Source of the DNA: Girardia tigrina
Taxonomy: Eukaryota
DNA: 57,683 nucleotides
Direction: 5' to 3'
Assembly: GCA_001938485.1 (NCBI GenBank)
Contig: MQRK01202569.1
Coordinates: forward strand, 1 to 57,683
Shown here: positions 36,901 through 51,900 of the stretch, one piece after another
Layout: every line of letters begins with the position of its first letter
Numbering within the stretch: the stretch's first letter is position 1
Position numbers and translations under genes: made by a program
Notes under the pieces: model-generated
Database searches by the model: none
What the model was told of the DNA's origin: nothing
The model's input: the letters and a program-made list of their open reading frames with translations, nothing else

Positions 36901-39900
36901 NNNNNNNNNNNNNNNNNNNNNNNNNNNNNNNNNNNNNNNNNNNNNNNNNNNNNNNNNNNNNNNNNNNNNNNNNNNNNNNNNNNNNTAATGCCAAAAACTC
37001 ACATATATTAAAATAATTGCCACCACAATTATAACAGTTACACAAACAATTATCAACGCAATGCCCCAAGGTGGAAAGTTTGAATCCAAATAAGTACTTC
37101 CAGGAGTAGCTGAAATTTAATGAAAATAATTTAAAATTTTAATAATTAATGAAAAGAATATCAAGTTTTGTGAAATTGAATTGCTAATTTCGCAAAAAAA
37201 CAATATGAAATTCTAAATGTTTTATAAAAAACCGTACAAAACAGATATTTAAATCAATATTTAGTTAGATCCTCTTTGGCTTTTAATACAACAATAAATT
37301 GATTAGATATGCTTCTAGCTTCAGTCGCCAGAAGTTCATTCTGAAGTTTCCTGTTTCCTACTCTAATGATTCTTGCCAACAATTCTGTTTTAATTCGTGG
37401 CTGCTTGATTATTATCCACAAATTCTTGATCAGGTTGAGATCGGACCTATTACAAGGCCATGGAATAATAGATCTAGTACAGTTGGCTGGTGAGGAATCA
37501 TCTTGAAAGATCCTTTGAATGTATGTGAAATATCTCACTTTGTATGGATTATTCTCGTCTGTATTACTTTCATATATTCTTATGCATTTCATGTTTTCTC
37601 GCCAAGATGTAAACATCCAGTTGCACTATGGCAAATTGAATCCTCAAAATCATTAATAATGGCGTAAATTTTATTGTCAGAGTAATAAAATCATTATTCA
37701 CAAATCAAAGGACTCAGTGTGGTCTTCTTTGAGTCTAAATAAATTCTATCTTGCTCTTATCACAGTGATGTTTTTCCAGAATTCAAGTGGAAGATCCTCA
37801 TGGCGATGACCCTATTTGATAATTTTGTTAAAAGTGTTTTTCAGCTTTCTACTTTTTTCGAATTGTAAAGGTTTTAAATTGATGCTTGTTGATTTAGAAA
37901 ATTCGCTCCTTAACTCATTTGATGTTTCTTCCTATTTTTCAGTGAGAAGCAACAAAAAATATCGATTCTAAGTTCAAATATAAATGATTGTGTTTTTAAA
38001 TAATTATCAGAAATATAAAGGTCAATTTTTCAGTACTGATCTAGTTTCCACTGATGATGAAGGTTGATGATCCGTCGAAATTAATAGTAATAAATTTTGA
38101 TGATTGTTTTTTTATCTTTTAAATGAAATTATTTTGCAATTATCTATATGAATCCAAGTCATTATTTTTCCATTTAATGTAGGATTCTTAGGAGTCAATC
38201 GAAAATTTGTTTTTTTTAAAAATATGACGTATTAGGTGTACAAGTATGAAATGCGGATTTCAGAAAACGGATTGTGCACAATGCAAAAAGTAGGTCAACG
38301 GTTAGGCAATGATGTCATAATATTGAGTAATTATGTAGTGTCTCATACGTAACTCATAAATTGATAAAGCGTTTTAATAATTGTTGTATTTCTGTNNNNN
38401 NNNNNNNNNNNNNNNNNNNNNNNNNNNNNNNNNNNNNNNNNNNNNNNNNNNNNNNNNNNNNNNNNNNNNNNNNNNNNNNNNNNNNNNNNNNNNNNNNNNN
38501 NNNNNNNNNNNNNNNNNNNNNNNNNNNNNNNNNNNNNNNNNNNNNNNNNNNNNNNNNNNNNNNNNNNNNNNNNNNNNNNNNNNNNNNNNNNNNNNNNNNN
38601 NNNNNNNNNNNNNNNNNNNNNNNNNNNNNNNNNNNNNNNNNNNNNNNNNNNNNNNNNNNNNNNNNNNNNNNNNNNNNNNNNNNNNNNNNNNNNNNNNNNN
38701 NNNNNNNNNNNNNNNNNNNNNNNNNNNNNNNNNNNNNNNNNNNNNNNNNNNNNNNNNNNNNNNNNNNNNNNNNNNNNNNNNNNNNNNNNNNNNNNNNNNN
38801 NNNNNNNNNNNNNNNNNNNNNNNNNNNNNNNNNNNNNNNNNNNNNNNNNNNNNNNNNNNNNNNNNNNNNNNNNNNNNNNNNNNNNNNNNNNNNNNNNNNN
38901 NNNNNNNNNNNNNNNNNNNNNNNNNNNNNNNNNNNNNNNNNNNNNNNNNNNNNNNNNNNNNNNNNNNNNNNNNNNNNNNNNNNNNNNNNNNNNNNNNNNN
39001 NNNNNNNNNNNNNNNNNNNNNNNNNNNNNNNNNNNNNNNNNNNNNNNNNNNNNNNNNNNNNNNNNNNNNNNNNNNNNNNNNNNNNNNNNNNNNNNNNNNN
39101 NNNNNNNNNNNNNNNNNNNNNNNNNNNNNNNNNNNNNNNNNNNNNNNNNNNNNNNNNNNNNNNNNNNNNNNNNNNNNNNNNNNNNNNNNNNNNNNNNNNN
39201 NNNNNNNNNNNNNNNNNNNNNNNNNNNNNNNNNNNNNNNNNNNNNNNNNNNNNNNNNNNNNNNNNNNNNNNNNNNNNNNNNNNNNNNNNNNNNNNNNNNN
39301 NNNNNNNNNNNNNNNNNNNNNNNNNNNNNNNNNNNNNNNNNNNNNNNNNNNNNNNNNNNNNNNNNNNNNNNNNNNNNNNNNAAATGTATCATTAGTAATG
39401 GAGCATATTTTGAATAAAGCTTTTTTATCGTTCTTTTGTTTTTAACGTATTTCTTTTCAAAATTTAATCCGCATTTCATACTTGTACACCTAATATTAAT
39501 CTTCTAGATAGTAATTTTTTAAGTCATTAATTAATACTCATTTGGGCAAAATGTAAGCTCAATAGGAATACGGGATGTAGATAAAAAATCTATTGCGCAA
39601 GTACGAATAAAATTACAGACAAATGGACAAACAGACAGGGACAAAAACCAGTTAATAAAAACGTGTTAAAATGGCATTTATATGCTTTATTAAGATTTTT
39701 ATTTGAATAGAAAAAAAATCATTTTTATCGTAAGCAATTTTAGATTTTAAATGAAATAAAAAATCATTAAATACGTAATCCACGAGCAAGAGATAAACGT
39801 CACTCGAAATATTTATCCCAAAACAGTTACACGGATATCTACTGAAACTGAGGTATTTCATCATCGTCAACATTTGAACGAAATAATAATTTAGGAGTTC

Positions 39901-42900
39901 CGCTCTACCCGAATCAACCAGATTGAAAAGCTTTATTATAGCAGAGTATTCATTTGGCCTATCCATTATTTCTTGAATGAATTCTTATTATCAAAAGACT
40001 GACTGAACATATGTCGGAAAGAATCTCGTTGCCAAAGTCATCTAGGCAATACATCGTGACTCCCAAGTCATTGCACATTAAATAAGTTTTCGACTGTATC
40101 CGATCCACTACTGTTCAAAGAATATATAATAAAACTTTTATGTGGGTCAGAATGTTGTTCCTTTACAGTCTCATAAAATTGAGTGTGATCACCATTTTTT
40201 TCTCTTTCCTTTTATTGTTGATAATAGAATTACTTAAAATTATTTAAAATGACGTTATTTATTATTATTTACTCGATGAAAATTTATATCATTTTATTTA
40301 TTTATATCAGATTTTATTTTAATCAAATAATAAAAATAAACACATAATATAATAATGTAATAAATTTTAAATTACCATTTTCTGAAGGTGCATTTGACTT
40401 GAAACACAATTATTAAAATTGTTCCTTTGGATTTTTACTAGAAGGTGATTCTTTTAAATGTCAAATTCTTTCTCAAATAAATCAAGAACTTGATTAGGTT
40501 TTCTAGTAAATCTTGTATATCACTTTAACGATCAAATCCTTGTACATTGGGGAAGCTAATCAACGAAAGAGAAAAACGTCACCAATGTTCCGTAGAAAAA
40601 TGCTACAAGGAGTATTCCGAAAAGAAGGAACTGAACAGACACACCAAAAAGGATCATGCGGTGTCCGCTTCCGTTAATCCTGATCAACCCAACGAGACAC
40701 AACAAGAGCAATTGCCATTTCCATGTGCATTATGTAAAAAGTCATACAAAATGAAGGGGTGGCTGACAAGGCACCTCTACCGGGATTATAAATTGAAGGA
40801 TACAGAAGAAATTGGAGAACTGACAATGACACCATCGCAAACCACTTCAACAAATATCCTAGATGAAAGAGTCATAGAAAACGTCAACATTCCAGGCAAC
40901 CAGATGTTTGATTAAGAAATTGGGAAGCCTCACAGCGGTGAATTCTGAGCCCATTGAACCGGCGTCTGTTTTTTCGGAGAAGATCGATTATCAATCAGAT
41001 GATAATAAAGAAAATGTAAATCAATTTTCAAATATCAAGTCGCTAAATATCAAAAAGGAACCGTCAAGTTCTCTACCTCAATCGTTTAATTGCGCTAATA
41101 CCGTTATCGACGAATCGACGAACGACAATCAATCGTTAATCAATCCAAAACAAATGGATGATCCAATGAATAAATCTTTGAATGATGTCGTTGTTATGGC
41201 ATCTGCCGAACAGGTCGATCAATCTCTAAAATTACGAATCCGTCTACCGACCAATGATGACAAAGCCGCTAAAACGAATAGAAAGAGTGGCAGCAGAAAA
41301 AGAAACCAAAAAGAAAAAGAATCAAAAACAAATTAATATCATCGAGCATTCATTTATACAAAAGAAATCTGAATCTGTGACTTGTTTAGTCGAAGTGATC
41401 AAAGTCGCCAGAGAACAGCAGCAATTGTCGAAATAATTGAGTTCGATTTAGTTAATTACAATGTCGAGAGACACATTCCACCACCGTATGTCGTATTGTT
41501 CCATTTCTTGGTTTATGAGGCCAATGATGCCGTTTGTATGTTTGGGAATGAGCGGGGCATTGTTCGGGCGATTTTGTTCCCTACTAAAACAGAGTGTGAT
41601 CGACTGTGCACAATTATTAACGGGCTCGTTAATGAGTTGAAAAATGAATCGTTCAAAGCTTCCTATTTCTCTGATCCCAATAAACGATCTGAGGTGCTTC
41701 AAGAAATGAGAGCCGGTGAGCGTCGAAATCTGAGTTCCCCTCGTCCCGCTGCGCCCACTCTTGTATCATCACCAGATTCAATCTGTCTATCTCGACAGCG
41801 GTAAAGGAAGCGATAGATACTGAAAAAACACATCTTACTTTTAGGATTACAGATCTAACTGTCCCTTTCGCGGTTGTACGAAGTCCATGAATACAGCGAA
41901 AGGTATGCAAAACCATGGTTTTACAACCCATATGTGGTAATTTCTCACAGGGAAACCGAAAAAAATCTAGGAGACCGAAACTATCCGACCTAGTAGGAGG
42001 CCCATCGGGAGGCTGCTAGTAATTCTTTAGTTTTGGTGGACTTTCTAAAGAGCCTAGAGGCTCAATACCATTCGAAAGAAAATGAAGGCCCACATTAGGG
42101 AAACAAAATTTAATCTATATACTAAAACAGTGAATAATATTTAATTTAGTAGAAATAGCTCGATTCTTTATCACATTAAAAATTCAATGATAAAGAGAAG
42201 TTTAGTCTGATTTTTCAGTCTTGAAGAAAACTTTTGTCCTATATCATGAATGGATAATCACTGATGTATCATTAATAAAATCATTTAAAACAAATGCTTA
42301 AATGTTCAAACTGAGTTGTCAAATCATATTAAAGGTTTCTGAAAATTTATTAATTGCGTAGTTACTATAAATCATAATATAAGTCACAAATGACGATGTC
42401 GTAATATTGAAACATGTTTTATTAAATTAAAAATTATTAAAATGGTGTATTTTATTTTCTGTTTTTATTTATAAATTGTCATTAACCCCTTTACCGTGGA
42501 AAAAAAATTTTTTTTTGGAAACTGTGTAATTGTTTTCTTTCATTATTTGATTTGTTATGTTGTCCTGACAAAATAAAACATCATTGTGAATGAAAATGAG
42601 TTGACATTTAGAATTTATGAGGTAAATATAAAGAAGGCAATTTTTGGTATTTTTTCAAATTTTTCATATGACGAGTTAACTCGTGACACACAGTAAAGGG
42701 GTTAAATCTGAACAATAATGATTAAATACATTGAACTAAAATTAAATTTTTAATTCGTTACAAATATTTTTAATCTTACTTGAAGTTGGTATATAAAGGA
42801 CAGTCGAATTTACTGTAATTAATCAATATAAAATATTCTTTAATCTCTCAATAAACTTACTATTCAAAATAGTCATGGAACTGTCGAACGCCTTAGGTGC

Positions 42901-45900
42901 GTTTTCTTTCACAATCTGTGTCACACTATCCGAATTAACTGGTGTCGCAGAGGCGGTAGTAATCTCCATATCGACCACCACACTACCTTCTCTGAATAGA
43001 AATATTTTCTCAATTTTGTTATTCTCATAAATATTCTCAAATTAAGATAACTAACAAATGATACCAATTTATAAATATCTTTCATCGTAAAATGTCTAAA
43101 GATTTTTCAGCTCTCAGATATTTGATAAAGAAAGTAGAAGATCAAATGCGTTTTGTTTTGAAATTATATTGGGTTGGCCAAAAAGTCATTGCGTTTTTGA
43201 GTACGTCCTAATAAAAAGCTTGAAAATATATAAACGATGTGACAAAATTTAAATTCAATTATATATTCTGAAACCTTAATTTTCAGACTATGTTTATACA
43301 AAATATTAATTGATTTTTTTGATTTATTACTTTACCGTCAATTCGAAATGGAAAATCAAAATGAGCATATTCGTCATGTTTTGTTGCATTATTTTCGCAA
43401 AGGGAAAACCGCTGTGCAAGCTCATAAGAAGATATGTTTTGTATATGGTAGTGACTCCTTAAACCTTCGACAGTGTCAATACTGGTTTTTTAAATTTCGT
43501 TCTGAAAAATTTCATCTGAAAGATGCACCACGCTCCGGTCGACCAGTCGAAGTTGAATCGAGAATATCGAGAATCTTTATGTTTATTGCAAGAAAATAAG
43601 GAAAATTTTCAAAATTTTTAAAAGAACATGTTTAAAAATTCGGTAATTTTATTGTTATTAATTAAGTTTTTAAAATGTCTACTTCTAATTTTTCAAGTGA
43701 GAATTACCACAAACCATATTGAAATTATCAATTTTTTGGCATTTATTTAAAATAAATTTGATAAATGACTCTTATTTCCAGGTACACTGAGTACATATTG
43801 TTAGGAATTAAAAATGTTAGCAAAATTTTTGAAAGAAGGTTACATTAAATATGTACAAATTAAAATTTTTATATAATTAAACATGTAACGTTTGAAAAAA
43901 ATAAAATTACTAAAATTAAGAAGATCTAATTAAATTGCTAATAAAAATTTTTTGAGAGTTTTAATATAATATAAAAAGTAAAAAAAAGTGTATAATTTTT
44001 ATGTGAAACGATTAAATATTTTAAAGTGTTATCGTAATTAAAAATTGATTTATAGAAGTAATGAAAAAATCAAATATGAATATTTATAAGTAATTTTATC
44101 TATATCGGTTTAAGATTTATAAAACAAATAGTTTCTCAAAAAAACAATAAATTTGTTTAAATATTGGATTTAAACATTTTTTGTGGCATAATAAAAGTTT
44201 TAATGTATGCTACTAATAATTCCGACTATGTTCCAAGAACCACTAATACATATTATTAAACATTGTGTAATAATTAGCATTTACTTGTTCTGAAGTCTCC
44301 TTAACTTCTGTTAGAAATATAATGGGCCAAAAATACTTGAGAAATAAATTCACTGATTTTTGAGTCTATGTTAAAAAGATTAAAGCAAATACTTACATTA
44401 TTGAATTAAACTTAATTGCCAGAATCCTTAAAATTGTATTCACAAATGCTGCAACCAATTTGTTATAGATTGATTTTGTGTACGATTGATACTCAACAGA
44501 ATTGGTGTCACCGTATTCTTTTTTATATGTTTCATTAAATGAGCATTTCATGTCAACCTTAGTTATAGTATCAGTATTTTTCGTAATTGAAACAGTAGTT
44601 GTTATGGTAGTTGTTGATAATGTTGTTGGAGTTGTTGATGTAGTAGATGTAGAGGATGAAGATGAACGTGTCGGAGTGGTTAATGAAGTTGTTGATGAAG
44701 GAGTTGGAGATGATAAACCAGTTGTACTTGGTGATAAAGTAGTAGGCGATGTTGATGTTGTAGTTGTGGTTGTTAATGTAGAAGATGAAGATGAAGGTGT
44801 CGAAGTGGTTGATGAAGTAATTGTAGTTGTAGGTAAAATAGTTGGAGTTGTTGATGAAAGAGTTGCTGTTGTTGATTTAATATTTGAAGATAATGATGAG
44901 GAAGTTTGAATTGTGGAGGAAGTTATTATCGGTATTGATGTAGTAGTTATAGTTGATGAAGTAGTTGTGGTTGTTAAATAATTTGTATCTATAAAAATGT
45001 GAAAAATATATTTAAAAAAAGGTATTTAATAATATAATTTTATTGCTATTGATAATTATTTTTAAGATTCATAAATATCTACAAAACCATTTTAAATCCG
45101 CAGGTCATTTGAAAGAAAGTATATGAGCTAGGTTGGTTCTACATTTCCGATTTTTACATTTTCCATATCCCTCCCTTCTAATTATCAAACATCAAAGATT
45201 TTCCGGTTGAGTAATAAAAGTGTGTTCAAATGAAATTAAGTTAAGCAAAATGTAAATATTGGTTTCATTAGCCATTAATTTCCTATTTTGAAATAATTTT
45301 ACTTGGAGTACAAAATGTCTTATGACCATGAATGTAGTGTCAAATTACACAGAACGGAAAGCAGTGATTCATATACATTATAGGACTTTCGTAGCTAGTT
45401 TTCAAACACAGTTAAATTGAAGGTGCTTTAGAGCTTTTTGTTATTTGTTTCTATCCAACTTTTGCGCAACATAAAAAAATAGTAAACAAGAATATTTTTT
45501 CACAAATTAACTGAAATTCTCACTTTTACAGAAACTGTAGTGCAAAACCTTAGACAATTTCTTACTAAACAGAAGTTTTGATTAGGATCTATGATAACAT
45601 GGAGAATAAATTGTATTTACCTCTTCCTTTATTAAAAGGACATTGTATTCTTGCATAAATTCAACCACTCATTACACACTATCATTGACAACACAGACCT
45701 CTCTAACGACATAGAAAGCCATTTGGATTTGAAGCCCAAATGATAGGGTCAGTGGCGTTTTTGTTCGTGTAGTTTTGTCGTGCTACCATCTATTACTGAG
45801 ATGAACATTATAAAGGAAGAGTGGGTTTTTTGCCTTAGGACATTTTGCTATTCTTTACTCGTCCGATTTGGTTGTGTGTGTGATCACTAATACAAGTAAG

Positions 45901-48900
45901 AAGATGATGGTGTCTCTCTAATGTACCAATTTTGACATCAAAAATTAGATGCAACATTAGCTAGCACACCATAATTAGTTTTTGATTTAAACGAGAAAAG
46001 CTATGTTTTAAAAAAGTTTTGATAAAACACAAAATTAATCATTTACAAGAGATACATCATGATGTCTATAAAAAACAAATCCATGATCTTTTCACAATAA
46101 ATGAATCATAAAAATACTAAGGAGAATATACAACCATAAATCTTAATATTGTTTAATGATATTTAGGTACTGGAGTGAATTGTAAAACAACCGCGTTTTA
46201 GAATATAAGACCACCCTAAATATGAAAATGTGTCAATTTTTTGGTGATTTGTAAACTTGAATATGAGGCTATAATTTTATATTCAAGAAGAAATTAAGTA
46301 CAAAAATGGTCATATTTAGGGTGGTCTTATATTCGAGAACAACCGGTAGTAACGTTTTTTTACCACATGTAATGCTAATGTTTCAAAGATGTACCGATAA
46401 AAGTGATAGTTGGTCGTTTCTTTCACTTTCAAACATATATGAAATTAATAAGCCTAAATTAATCACTTCAATAAAGAATATATTTGTATGAGGTTCGTTA
46501 TTTGCTTTAGATTGCTTTAAATTTAATATTATCTTTTAAATAAATAATAATATTGATACCTGTTAAATATCGATAATATCTTTCAATGTTGGCTAAATGA
46601 TTTAATCTGTGAATTAGATCTAAAAATTAAGAAACATACTATTAAATGGATCAACAGTGGAGGGTAGAGACAGAAAAATGTTTTGAATTTGTCTTTGAAC
46701 TTCAAATAAGTTGTCATTTGTAGATGAAACGAGAAAATATGAAAGAATTCCATTCCGATTTTCACTAATTAGAGATTCCAATCTAAAAAATTAAAAAAAT
46801 ATATTTAAATAGTCATAAGATAACAAATTCAGTGCCACGGAGATTACTTTTACAATTAAGTGTTAGGGGTTTTTTTTGGTGACTTTTAAATTTTTGAATA
46901 ATTAATTTGTAATATCATATTTATAATTAAATAAGTTCAAATATAATTTTTTTAAAAAATAAATATTTCGGATTAATAAAAAAATTGTAATTAAATTTTA
47001 ATTTATTGGACTAGAGTTATTTTAGAAATAAATAATTCGGAGTAACAAACATTGTAAATAAAATTAAGTTGAAAAATAAAAAATCATAATGTTTTATTAC
47101 AATTAATTGTAACTCAAAATTTCTATTAAAAAATAATTATAATTGAATGTTTTAAACAATTAATGAAGAAAAAAATATTTGGAAATTTAATTTTGACAGT
47201 AGATGTACCATTCAAATATTTTAAAGATCTAAAATTACAGCTGTGGACAAAAGTCTGTTGACTTTCACATTTTCTACACATTAAGTGCACATTAAGTTCT
47301 TGCCTCCAAACACCACCATGAGAAGTGAAAATTATTTAAATGTGTTGAAAGAAAGGCTACAAACCATGATGAATATTCGAGGAACAAAAATATTCATGCA
47401 TGATGGTGCTCCTTGCCACCAAGCAGTCTTAGTCAAACGCTGGTTAGCAAGTCAAGGTATCGAAATCCTCTCACCANNNNNNNNNNNNNNNNNNNNNNNN
47501 NNNNNNNNNNNNNNNNNNNNNNNNNNNNNNNNNNNNNNNNNNNNNNNNNNNNNNNNNNNNNNNNNNNNNNNNNNNNNNNNNNNNNNNNNNNNNNNNNNNN
47601 NNNNNNNNNNNNNNNNNNNNNNNNNNNNNNNTACACCCGTTACATTATTTAAATGTTATAACTATTCTGCTGTAAATGTCATAAATTTATCAAATATATT
47701 GTGCTAAAATGTGAGAGTCAACAGACTTTTGTCCACAGCTGTATATTTAAGTTAAATGGTTTTAAATAGTATAGTGAAATAACAGCATCTAAATAACTTT
47801 AAATTAATAGAAATCGTCGTAATTTAACTAAAATAGTTTGAAAATGATTTAAAATAAAACAGTAATTATGTAGATTTTTTATAATGTACTTTAAAGATTT
47901 TTTATAAAATATTAAAATATTAATCTATAAATTAACGTAATCAAAAAATTCATAATTAAATTTTTAATTAATGTTTTTAATAAATAAATTATCAGTATTA
48001 TAATCTAGTATTTTTATGTATAATTAATCTGGTCAAAAGAAAACAAAAGAAAAGTTCCTCGAGAAAAATTGTTTAAATAATTGTTGTTGTTAGAGAAAGA
48101 AAATTTTGTGTTGATGAATTCTATTATTGATCAAGAACCCAACATTAAGTAAATTAACAAATTAGTAAATAATAATTTTGTAAAATTTGTTGTGTATTAG
48201 TCGTTTTTAAGTGGTATAAGTTAATATATATTGCACAAAAATGTAAGTTTTTGATGTTTTATATTTAGCAGAAAGTTTTACTGATTAATAATTCTTTTCA
48301 TATAAATTGTTGGGTATTCAAAAATATTCTTTTGTTAATCAATTTAAATAAGTATTCCAATATAATTATCTGACTCCTTTCAAATGGTTCTTCCAACTTT
48401 TGAATGAAAAATATTAATTTGGTCAATCCTCTCTTGAGGTTTTAATTTCTTTTAAATGAATCTCGACAGAGATTATTTCCCAAATAGTAACAATAGTAAT
48501 AAGTCAAATGAATTCTGTTTCAAAAACTTTATTCAATTGATTTACAAAATTCTTCCAATCCAAAGAAAAATACAACGTATGGTTAATAATGGAGGAATCC
48601 AAAATATTTAAAAAAAAATCTTTTAAAAGGATTTAACTTTCTGTAAAAATTTGTTTTTGAATAAACCTAAACTCAAACTCAAGCTGAGAGATTTTAATTT
48701 AAATTTTAGGGTATTTATACCCGTTTTTTATTATATAATAAAAAAATATTTAAAGTTAAAATTGACATTTTATAATTAAAAAAATTTTATTTTTATTATT
48801 ATTATTTTTTGGATTATTATTTATAAATTATTAAATAGTTGGGCTTAATTGCCCATTTCAAGATTAAACTCAATTTATTTTAATGGGCTTAGTGCCCAAT

Positions 48901-51900
48901 TATTTGAATTATTTTTGGAGCGGGCTTCATGCCCATAAATTATTTATTGAATTTATAACGGGCATAGTTGCCCAATTATTTTCCACGATCCAGCATAATT
49001 GCTGGAATTAGGGCATAGTTGCCCAATTATTTTTAATGAAATTTAAAATGANNNNNNNNNNNNNNNNNNNNNNNNNNNNNNNNNNNNNNNNNNNNNNNNN
49101 NNNNNNNNNNNNNNNNNNNNNNNNNNNNNNNNNNNNNNNNNNNNNNNNNNNNNNNNNNNNNNNNNNNNNNNNNNNNNNNNNNNNNNNNNNNNNNNNNNNN
49201 NNNNNNNNNNNNNNNNNNNNNNNNNNNNNNNNNNNNNNNNNNNNNNNNNNNNNNNNNNNNNNNNNNNNNNNNNNNNNNNNNNNNNNNNNNNNNNNNNNNN
49301 NNNNNNNNNNNNNNNNNNNNNNNNNNNNNNNNNNNNNNNNNNNNNNNNNNNNNNNNNNNNNNNNNNNNNNNNNNNNNNNNNNNNNNNNNNNNNNNNNNNN
49401 NNNNNNNNNNNNNNNNNNNNNNNNNNNNNNNNNNNNNNNNNNNNNNNNNNNNNNNNNNNNNNNNNNNNNNNNNNNNNNNNNNNNNNNNNNNNNNNNNNNN
49501 NNNNNNNNNNNNNNNNNNNNNNNNNNNNNNNNNNNNNNNNNNNNNNNNNNNNNNNNNNNNNNNNNNNNNNNNNNNNNNNNNNNNNNNNNNNNNNNNNNNN
49601 NNNNNNNNNNNNNNNNNNNNNNNNNNNNNNNNNNNNNNNNNNNNNNNNNNNNNNNNNNNNNNNNNNNNNNNNNNNNNNNNNNNNNNNNNNNNNNNNNNNN
49701 NNNNNNNNNNNNNNNNNNNNNNNNNNNNNNNNNNNNNNNNNNNNNNNNNNNNNNNNNNNNNNNNNNNNNNNNNNNNNNNNNNNNNNNNNNNNNNNNNNNN
49801 NNNNNNNNNNNNNNNNNNNNNNNNNNNNNNNNNNNNNNNNNNNNNNNNNNNNNNNNNNNNNNNNNNNNNNNNNNNNNNNNNNNNNNNNNNNNNNNNNNNN
49901 NNNNNNNNNNNNNNNNNNNNNNNNNNNNNNNNNNNNNNNNNNNNNNNNNNNNNNNNNNNNNNNNNNNNNNNNNNNNNNNNNNNNNNNNNNNNNNNNNNNN
50001 NNNNNNNNNNNNNNNNNNNNNNNNNNAATTAATAATAATAATATAAATTATTCAGTAATAATATTTATATTTTTTACCTAATATCTCTAATAACTACCCC
50101 TAGTCCCTGAGCACTGAGCTCAAACAAAAGGGTAGTTACAGAGAGTTTGATCGACACGTTTTATTTTATTTTTTTACATGTTTATTATATATATTTTTAT
50201 AATTTATTTTTTAGGAGGGTAAGGAATTTATTTATTTAAAATTCTATTTTTTTATATTTTCAGCTTCCGTACCTTAACAAAATTTTTCTACATCATTTCA
50301 AAGCTTATTTTATGCTGTATAAATATTTGATTTGAAATCAAGATGATTTTGCTGGAGTTTTGAAATATTTTTTTATACGAGTTGAAACAATCCAAATCAT
50401 TAATGAAGTATGGAGTGAAGGAAGCGTTAATAAATGCTTAGTACAGCGCGGTATTACAAGTTTTGCCCAGCAATACCAATTTCAAAGTAATGGTAACAGC
50501 CCATTGGCGATTGACAATGACCAATTAAAAGAACTGGTTGAGGCTGATCAGTGCACAACTGCTCCAATGCTCGCAGAAGAACTGTTGGTCCATCAACTGG
50601 CACTCATCATTTGGAGCGAATCAGTAAGTCAAACAAAGCTCAAAAAAGGGGGCCATACGAATTGAACTAAAATAATAAAAACTTCATTTTGAAATAGGAA
50701 CGCTTCTTTTTCAAGGGTACAAAAATGATCTATTTCTCAATCCAATCCTAATGTACAACAAAAATCATATCATCTACGACAACCGGTACAGTTCGGCTTA
50801 TTGGTCAGATTACGATCAATCTCTACATCTTGTCTCAAAGCCAAAGTTTCACCATAAGAAAGTTCTGATAACTGTTTTGTGATTTGCAGTTGGTCTCATC
50901 CATTACAGCTTCCTAAAGCAATCAGACAGGAAATAAGTGTCGATAAATCTATAAAATGAGCTAGATAAATTTTAAAAATTTTGAATTAAGACTCTATTTC
51001 TGCATAACTTTCTCCATGAGAAGTTCTTCAAAAACAAAGAAAATACTAAAAAGATCTTCAACACTTTCATATAAATCCAGATTTCTAGTCTACTGATGAT
51101 GCTAGAAATGCTTTAAAAGCCTCCATATGACCAGATTTATAAGCTATCGGTATAAATAAACTTGTTCTACGTTGAAAAAAATTTTTTGATTGTGATGATT
51201 TTTATTTAGATTTATAAAATTGTTAAGTTACATACCAATTTAAAATAAAAGTTCATAAACCTGCACTGTTTTACAGCAACCTAATATTTAATGGTTTTCA
51301 GCATCAATGTAATCAACACTTTACGTGTTCTGAAAGTTTATGTGTCCAGAATTATCGTATCTACTCAGAGTATAAGTAACCAGAAATGCATTTTTGATAA
51401 ATTACTTCAAATAATTGACAAAGAACTTAGTTCACTTACAAAATCAAAGTCTCGCATAAATATTATTCGAAAAAGTATTTTATCATTTGTAATATGTATT
51501 TAGTCTCCTTAGATTTTTTTTTCATTTTCAGTAATGAAACTCGTGCATCGGGATTCCATGAACAAGTAATGGAACAACCAAGTACTCTCTCTTCGCGTGA
51601 AATTTATTTTTGTGAATAACTTAATTATACATGTCACTTTATAATTTGGATTTTTTTGAATTCATTAAATAATTGGTAAAGTAGTTATGAGGAGGTAATT
51701 AATTTAGTTCGCTGATTAAAATTTAAATGGTTTTAAATTTTTTATTAATTGAAATCAAACTGAAAATTTAAAAATTAAATGATAATTAAATATTTTAACT
51801 TTGAATTTGAAAATATTCTATATGAAATATTATTTTGAAATATTATTTTAGCAAAAAAATTAATGGATTAAAATAGAAAACAGTTAGAACAGTTTTTTAA

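Noticed and set aside
38343-39479. Long ORFs spanning N runs (also 14-632, 34901-35159, 36791-37069, 49036-50046)
   Set aside because: Artefacts of assembly gaps.
44502-44909. Val/Asp/Glu-rich plus-strand ORF
   Set aside because: Antisense shadow of the gene B mucin exon.
50078-50160. Minus-strand segment LLFELSAQGLGVVIRDIR with a phase-2 donor
   Set aside because: No good acceptor, and exon 55940-56114 already supplies the domain half. It cannot be excluded as an alternative exon.
51450-51610. Minus-strand SEA-like text GCSITCSWN...SKE
   Set aside because: In-frame stop and no acceptor; probably chance or a decayed fragment.
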